Below the pieces are notes generated by a model. It had not been told where the DNA came from and did not search any database. It was given only the letters and a program-made list of their open reading frames with translations. A DNA stretch of 64,000 nt from assembly GCA_027492205.1 (NCBI GenBank), contig JAOZFN010000009.1:32001-96000 (forward strand). The letters are read 5' to 3'. Origin of the DNA: Thermoproteota archaeon (lineage in GTDB: Archaea; Korarchaeota; Korarchaeia; Korarchaeales; Korarchaeaceae). Shown piece after piece: positions 58,463 through 64,000 of the stretch. The translations under genes were made by a program, and so were the position numbers. Numbering within the stretch: position 1 is the first letter of the stretch; each line of letters opens with the position of its first letter.

Positions 58463-58636
58463 TCGGGTTCACCCGACGGATCTCCGAGGGCGGGGATCTT
58501 TCCCCGCTATGGTAAAAAAGTGTTCCCAAAAGGTGCTTTCGGCCAGCCGGCTGGCGGAAGGTCCCGTGAACACCAGGAAATCGGGCAAACCCGGAGATTC
58601 TCTACCCGGCTTCAAAAAAGAAGTGGAAGGGTTGAC

Positions 58637-60478
58637 TCAGCCCTTCCAGAGCGGATAGGCGTAGACTCCTGGGTAGATCGGGTTGTAGTACCAGCCGTGG
58701 ACCCAGGTCCTCTCGTAGTGCCTGCCGAGCGGCTGGTAGATGATGAAGCTGGGTACCTCCTCGTAGTAGATCTGGGTGAGTTCCCTGCAGATCTCGATCC
58801 TCCTGTTCTGGTCCGAGGTCGTGATCAGCTCCTCGACGAGTTCGTCAACGTGCGGGTTGCTGTAGCCCTGCCAGGCGGCAAAGGTTCCGGAGGAGTGCAT
58901 GTACGGGAAGACGAAGTTGTACGGGTCGGGGTAGTCGGCGAGCCAGCCGATGATGAACATCGGCAGCTGGCGCCTGACCATGGCCTTGAGGTATTCGGGC
59001 CACTCGACGCCCCTTACGTAGACCTTAAACTTCGGATTGAGGCTCTCCACGTTCTCCTTGATCATCTCAGCAGCGGTCTTCCTCTGGACGTTGCCCACGT
59101 TGTAGAGCAGCTCGAAGTAGAAGCCCTTCTCCCAGACCTGGCCGTTCCAGGCCTTCTTGAAGTACTCCTCGGCCTTGGTCAGGTTGAACTCGTACATCGG
59201 CAGGTTGGGGTCGTAGCCAGGCAGGCCCTGCGGGATCGGACCAGGCGTCCTCACTGCCTCGCCGAACCAAGCCTCCTCTATGTACCTGTCGAAGTCGAAG
59301 GAGTAGGCGAACGCCTTTCTGAGGTTGATGTCGGAGAAGAAGTCGGGCGGGATCCCGTTGCCGTCGAGCTTGCCGCTGCCTATGTAGGGGCTGTTCGGAT
59401 CGACCTCGAAGGTGAAGAACACCGCGGCGTTGGACACCGTGGGCAGGTTCTTGACGACCCTGATGCCCTCGGCCCCCTCGATCTCCTTCATGTGCTGCCT
59501 GGGCACGTAGGCCATGTCAACGTCGCCCTTGAGGAACATGAGCTTCCTGGTGGCCCACTCGTCGACCTTCATGATGATGAACTCGCTGAAGTTGGCCGGA
59601 CCCCTCCAGTAGTCGTCGAACCTCTTCAGGACGACCTGCTTGCCGTGCTCCCACCTGTCGAGCATGAACGGACCGGAGCCGCAGTCGGCCTCCTGGAGCG
59701 GAGGTACCTCAGGGTTGTTGTAGTCCTGCCAGGTCTCCGGGGTCCCCGGCCAGGCCCCGTGCTCGATGGCGCACTGCTTGTCCACTATGCTGCTCCAAGT
59801 CTGGGACAGGATTTGGAAGAGCACGGTGATCGGGTAGGGCTTGGCCAGGTGGAGCACCACGTTGTTGCCCTCGACCTCGACGGCCTTGTCTATCTGGTCC
59901 CAGGTGACGACCAGGTTGCCCTCTCCATCCCTGGTGGTCTCAACGCCGAGGAGCGGGTCGAGGAGCATCCAGGACGGACCGCCGTCCCTGTCCATGACGA
60001 GGACGCGCTCTAGGGAGTACTCGACGTCCTCCGGGGTGAGCTCCCTGCCGGAGTGGAACTTGATGCCAGACCTGATCGGGAACACGATGGTCATGCCGTT
60101 GTCCCTGATCAGGCCGTTCTCGACGGAGGGAACCTGCTCAGCTATTATCGGTATGAACTGGTCCACCTTGTCCCTGTCGAAGAAGATGAGGGTCTCGTAG
60201 ATGTTGAAGATCACCTCTCCGCTCGCGGTGTCATACGCCCACGCCGGGTCGAGGGTCTCGGGCTCGCCGATGGTGGCCACTATGAGCTTGTCCGGGTTCT
60301 TCACCTCCATCGGCGGCGGAGTTGTCTCGGGCGGCGCCGTTGTCGTCGCTGGCGGAGCAGTCGTCGCGGGTGGGGCCGTCGTTGCAGGCGGCGCCGCCTT
60401 CTTGCCGGCTATGTAGGCCAGTCCCCCGACCACTATGAGGAGGACGATGAAAACGCCTACTAGGGTCTTTGTCTCCAT
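58637..60478 (-). CDS. Family 5 substrate-binding protein (DppA-like), N-terminal anchor
   Basis: N-terminal TM, PPATTA repeats, ETLDPAWAYD, GSGPF, GWLADYPDP. Confidence 0.92.
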   Translation of the reverse strand: METKTLVGVFIVLLIVVGGLAYIAGKKAAPPATTAPPATTAPPATTTAPPETTPPPMEVKNPDKLIVATIGEPETLDPAWAYDTASGEVIFNIYETLIFFDRDKVDQFIPIIAEQVPSVENGLIRDNGMTIVFPIRSGIKFHSGRELTPEDVEYSLERVLVMDRDGGPSWMLLDPLLGVETTRDGEGNLVVTWDQIDKAVEVEGNNVVLHLAKPYPITVLFQILSQTWSSIVDKQCAIEHGAWPGTPETWQDYNNPEVPPLQEADCGSGPFMLDRWEHGKQVVLKRFDDYWRGPANFSEFIIMKVDEWATRKLMFLKGDVDMAYVPRQHMKEIEGAEGIRVVKNLPTVSNAAVFFTFEVDPNSPYIGSGKLDGNGIPPDFFSDINLRKAFAYSFDFDRYIEEAWFGEAVRTPGPIPQGLPGYDPNLPMYEFNLTKAEEYFKKAWNGQVWEKGFYFELLYNVGNVQRKTAAEMIKENVESLNPKFKVYVRGVEWPEYLKAMVRRQLPMFIIGWLADYPDPYNFVFPYMHSSGTFAAWQGYSNPHVDELVEELITTSDQNRRIEICRELTQIYYEEVPSFIIYQPLGRHYERTWVHGWYYNPIYPGVYAYPLWKG

Positions 60479-60643
60479 TCACTATCCCCCCACCGGGGTC
60501 TTAGGGGTCTTTGCCCCCGACGGGCAATCTGTCGATCCTAATTAAGACTTTTGTTGAAACGGAGGGATCGGAGGTGCAGAGAGGCGGGCCGCCCCATCCC
60601 CCCGCGTTTGGTTAATAACACAGCGATGCCCGTCTGACTGAGC

Positions 60644-61156
60644 ATGGACCGCTACCAGCTGGCCTACCTGCTGCTGGTGCTGGGATTGGCCACCTCCGTC
60701 ATCTACTCGGCGAGGACTAAGGAGGAAGCTCCCCCGGCGGTCAGCGAGGACCGCCTCCCCGTCAGCGGGGGGGATGCTGTCAGACTGACATACGAGACTG
60801 GGGAGGTCGTCGAGCTGTGGCTCAGGGAAGAGGAGGGTGGGGCTGGCCGACTCACAATCGCAGTGAGGGCGCACAAGGGCTCGCTCGTTGAGGCTGTGCG
60901 CGCAAACCTCACCGGAAGTTTCAGCTGGCTCGGGCTGTCGACCATGAGACCTCTGGAGGGGAGGCTCTACGTCAACGAGTCTCTTGGAGTCTACGAGTTT
61001 GCCCTAGAGGGGATAGGGGTCTCGGGGGCCGACGGCCTGGCGGTCGACTTCCTGCTGATCCCGCCGGGCCGGGTGTCAATCGAGCTGGAGGTGGACGTCA
61101 GGAGAGGGGCCACCCTGAGACACCTCCGGGCGAGCGAGACGCTGGCTCATCCGTGA
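60644..61156 (+). CDS. Hypothetical membrane-anchored protein
   Basis: N-terminal TM plus beta-rich domain. Confidence 0.6.
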   Translation: MDRYQLAYLLLVLGLATSVIYSARTKEEAPPAVSEDRLPVSGGDAVRLTYETGEVVELWLREEEGGAGRLTIAVRAHKGSLVEAVRANLTGSFSWLGLSTMRPLEGRLYVNESLGVYEFALEGIGVSGADGLAVDFLLIPPGRVSIELEVDVRRGATLRHLRASETLAHP

Positions 61157-61159
61157 GAC

Positions 61160-61705
61160 TCACGGCCCCTTGGAGCTGCTCCACAGGCTCTCGGCCAAGA
61201 ACGGGACCAGTGCCATGTAGACTCCATGCTCGTAGAGGTCCGCACGTGAGACGAGGCCTCTAGTGAATATACCGATTGCCCCCTCGGCCCTCTTTACTCC
61301 GCTCCGGCCAACTCTCTCGTCCATTAGCTTCCCCAGCTCGACCCCCTCAAGCATCCTCCTCACGAGGTAGTCAGGGCACTGAAACCACCCACTGGTGCCG
61401 AGCCCAGTCAGCCCGTCCCTGCGGACGATCGCCACGAAGCCGGTGCAGAAGGTCTGCCCGTAGAGTTCGACCAGCGCGCCCTCTATTCCGACTCCGAACT
61501 CCGCCCTTGGGACTTCGCGCAGGCTCTCCCGCGCCCTGTTCAGGGCCCCCACGGGCCCCTCCTCGTTGACCGGCTGAGGGGGGACTCCCGAACTAACCGA
61601 CACGGATACGACCTCCACCGACCCATATGCCCTGGTGAAGGCCCTCCTCACCGCCTCGACCTTAACCGGGTTCTCGGAACCGACGGCCACCACGACCCCT
61701 CGCAT
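61160..61705 (-). CDS. yjjX: Inosine/xanthosine triphosphatase (YjjX family)
   Basis: GSENPVKV.AV, SGV..QP, GA.NRA, GIEG, GAIG.FT. Confidence 0.9.
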   Translation of the reverse strand: MRGVVVAVGSENPVKVEAVRRAFTRAYGSVEVVSVSVSSGVPPQPVNEEGPVGALNRARESLREVPRAEFGVGIEGALVELYGQTFCTGFVAIVRRDGLTGLGTSGWFQCPDYLVRRMLEGVELGKLMDERVGRSGVKRAEGAIGIFTRGLVSRADLYEHGVYMALVPFLAESLWSSSKGP

Positions 61706-61774
61706 CGGCCGACTCGCAACCCTGAGACGTTATTATGTAGACCTTTTGAGATCCCCAAGAGCCGGGGGGTCGGT

Positions 61775-62113
61775 TTGCGCAGGGTCCGGTGCCCCAAGTG
61801 CGGGAGGGTCCACGAGATTCCCCCTGATCACCCAGACGGGAGGTTCTTCCTGCCGTGCGGGGAGGATCACGACCTCGTCATCTGGGTGAGCGGCGGCATG
61901 GTGAGAGAGGTGGACGTGGCCGAGTCTGTCTTCGCCAGGGTGGGTTTCGAGCTGATTCCGGAGAGGGCCCCGCTGGCGCCCTCTTGGGTCGACATGGACA
62001 GGGTGAGGGCGCTCCTCTCCGGAAGGGTCAGGCCTAGCTCTGAGGACATAGACGTCCTAATGCTCTTGGAGGAGCTCGGCGTGGTGAGGAGGAAGGCGCG
62101 CGCCGCGACCTGA
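61775..62113 (+). CDS. Small zinc-ribbon protein with helical C-terminus
   Basis: CPKCG...C...H, C-terminal LLEELGVV. Confidence 0.65.
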   Translation: MRRVRCPKCGRVHEIPPDHPDGRFFLPCGEDHDLVIWVSGGMVREVDVAESVFARVGFELIPERAPLAPSWVDMDRVRALLSGRVRPSSEDIDVLMLLEELGVVRRKARAAT

Positions 62114-62128
62114 CCAGAGGGAGTCCCG

Positions 62129-63151
62129 TTGTTCGCCCTCTACACGCGGGGCCTGTTCGGGAGGGGGACTTACTCCTCCACGCTCCGACACGCCGGGCTG
62201 GACAAGGGAGAGGTTAGGTCGGCCTCCAGGGAACTCAGGAGCTACGTTGTATACTGGATCTACGCGGCTCTATCCGACTCCGGGCTCCTCAAGGAGATAG
62301 AGGGAAGCTACAGGCGAAGGATGCGCCGGTCAGTTAGGAACCCAGCCCTTCTGGACGCCATCCTCGATCTCCTCCTCGACGCCGAAGTGCTGAGGTCGTA
62401 CGAAGATATATTCTCCTTTGAGGCTGAGCCTGACAGGCCCACTCTGTCAATTTGGTGGCTGAAGAGAGCCCTCACCGGAATGGAGGATAGGTTCAGCCAG
62501 CTCGCGGAAGATGTCAGGTCGGGGGTGAAACCTTCCCAAGACCCAGCGCACACGCTGGCGATGTACGACAACCCACTCACGCTCCTAGAGACGGGGCTCG
62601 CCGTTGAAGGTTTTGGGTTGGGGGCCGACATCAGTGCCCTCCTGCTCCCCTGGTCTGGACTCGGGGAGTACGTCTTCTCACTTAGATCCATCGTGGGCGA
62701 CGTAAGGATCATGGCCGCGGCTCCACCCGGGCTTGAGAGGGTGGTCAGGCTGGCGCTCAGGACAAGGGGGATCTATGAGGGCGGCACGATCACAATCTTC
62801 TCGGCCCGGCCGGAGGTGGCTGGACTGGAGTGCCTGAAGCAGGTGGAGGGAACTGGGACCCCTCCAGAGGCAGCCCTGCTCCTGAACGCGATTCAGTGGT
62901 CTTCATCCCCGGAGGCCGCGGTGCGATCGGCCGTTACCGGAGTGAGGTCTGGGGGGCGGGTCTACATTCTTCAGACGCTGAGATCGAGTGAGAGCCTCCC
63001 AATGGTTATATTGGGTCGGCTGCTCGGGGCTAACCTGCTTCCCACTTGGGAGGAACTGGAGAGGTCCCTCAGGGGGGCGGGCGTGAGGTGGAGGGTCATA
63101 TCGAGGACGGGCAGCGCGGTGGCACTGGAGGTGACCACGGGGGTGAGGTAG
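62129..63151 (+). CDS. Divergent methyltransferase-fold protein, paralog 1
   Basis: Helical N-domain; LLLPWSGLGEY at the motif-I position; AIQW...GGRVYI...L..AG. Confidence 0.55.
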   Translation: MFALYTRGLFGRGTYSSTLRHAGLDKGEVRSASRELRSYVVYWIYAALSDSGLLKEIEGSYRRRMRRSVRNPALLDAILDLLLDAEVLRSYEDIFSFEAEPDRPTLSIWWLKRALTGMEDRFSQLAEDVRSGVKPSQDPAHTLAMYDNPLTLLETGLAVEGFGLGADISALLLPWSGLGEYVFSLRSIVGDVRIMAAAPPGLERVVRLALRTRGIYEGGTITIFSARPEVAGLECLKQVEGTGTPPEAALLLNAIQWSSSPEAAVRSAVTGVRSGGRVYILQTLRSSESLPMVILGRLLGANLLPTWEELERSLRGAGVRWRVISRTGSAVALEVTTGVR

Positions 63152-63167
63152 CCTGTATGGGTCCCTG

Positions 63168-64000
63168 ATGACGGGGGCCGCCCCTGAGCTCGTCGAGGCG
63201 AGGGCCTTCGAGTACGCGGGGATTGAGCCGACGGAGCTGGCGGTCGGGCACGACAGCCTGGTGAAGTCCATAGGATACGAGTGCTATCGTGCCCTCTATG
63301 CGTCTGGCCTCGCTAGGCGAATGGAGGGGGTTAGCCTCTCCAAGCTCAAGGAGGTCTCGGCCTATCCCGAGCTAATGGAGGCCGTGGTAGGGGCCATGGC
63401 AAGGGGAGGATACGTTCGACTTGCCGGCGGGAGGGTTAGCAGGTTCCTAGATCTCACTCCGCCGCCAGAGACGGTTCCCTGGGTGGACCGGATCATGCGC
63501 TCCCTTAGGTCTGCATTCGAGGCCCTTCCCGATCTCCTCATATCCGGAGCCCAACCGAAGCTGGATCGCGAGACGAGGAGGTTGGCCACGCTGGCGATGT
63601 ACGACAACCCCGTAGCTAGATTCCAGTCCGCGCTCGCGCTCCTCGGGATGGGGATGACGGACGCTCAGCTCATCAGGAGATGGGCCGACGTGGGGCTCAT
63701 ACCGGCGACCGTGCTCCTCCCCTGGTCCGGTATCGGGATGGTGGCGGTCGACGCCCTGAGGCTCATCGGAGCCAAGATCGTCGCGGGTGTTCCCCCCGGA
63801 GACCTGCGGGCGGCGCGGCTCGTGGTGTCGACGCTGAAGGCGCCAGAGGCCGGCAGGCTCCGGCTGGTAGAGTCCGACCTCGAATCCTTTGGGCAGAAGG
63901 TACGATCGAGCCCGGGCCTGGTGGAGGGACAGGCCGACGCTGCCGTTCTCATAGACGCGGTTCAGTGGGCTGGGGCCGACTTTGAGGCCCTCATAAAGTC
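63168..64000 (+). CDS. Divergent methyltransferase-fold protein, paralog 2 (runs off the window)
   Basis: Not in the track. Manual translation MTGAAPELVEARAFEYAGI...YRALYASGL...TLAMYDNP...VLLPWSGIG...DAVQW shares motifs with 62129-63151. Confidence 0.65.
   Translation, partial: MTGAAPELVEARAFEYAGIEPTELAVGHDSLVKSIGYECYRALYASGLARRMEGVSLSKLKEVSAYPELMEAVVGAMARGGYVRLAGGRVSRFLDLTPPPETVPWVDRIMRSLRSAFEALPDLLISGAQPKLDRETRRLATLAMYDNPVARFQSALALLGMGMTDAQLIRRWADVGLIPATVLLPWSGIGMVAVDALRLIGAKIVAGVPPGDLRAARLVVSTLKAPEAGRLRLVESDLESFGQKVRSSPGLVEGQADAAVLIDAVQWAGADFEALIK

Noticed and set aside
58520-60013. 497-aa plus-strand ORF
   Set aside because: Antisense shadow of the DppA-like gene.

Overview
GC-rich archaeal chromosome segment, gene-dense, with GGAGGTGA/GGGGTGA-type SD sites and TATA-like boxes. 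The mix of SMC-ScpAB, a tubulin/CetZ-like GTPase and archaeal-type LeuRS, ligase and aIF1 would fit Korarchaeota or a similar thermophilic lineage, but that is inference. Most of the window is housekeeping: Lrp regulator, tRNA-Lys(TTT), a MacB/LolD-type ABC system, leuS, a PAC2/Hsp20/DNA ligase operon, GTPase, UDG, archaemetzincin, aIF1, ACD, AlaX, a P-type ATPase, UppS, PMM, a KaiC-like ATPase and two peptide-type ABC importers. Four things stand out. (1) A minus-strand cluster at 24.9-32.3 kb encodes a membrane-anchored HTH protein, an unusually short SMC (about 786 aa, hinge present), ScpA, ScpB, a coiled-coil/wHTH/Pro-rich protein and a tubulin/CetZ-like GTPase; this is a candidate condensin-cytoskeleton system. 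(2) An intact-looking IS607-family element (serine TnpA + TnpB) splits a RelE-type toxin gene inside a small patch of decayed toxin-antitoxin genes (13.0-16.4 kb). (3) Several conserved genes (smc, uppS, 5-FCL, tnpB) appear to need CTG or ATC start codons. (4) A GGGG-N6-CCCC palindrome recurs in front of peptide-transporter genes. No CRISPR array or rRNA was seen. All calls come from motif recognition by eye; no database search was run.
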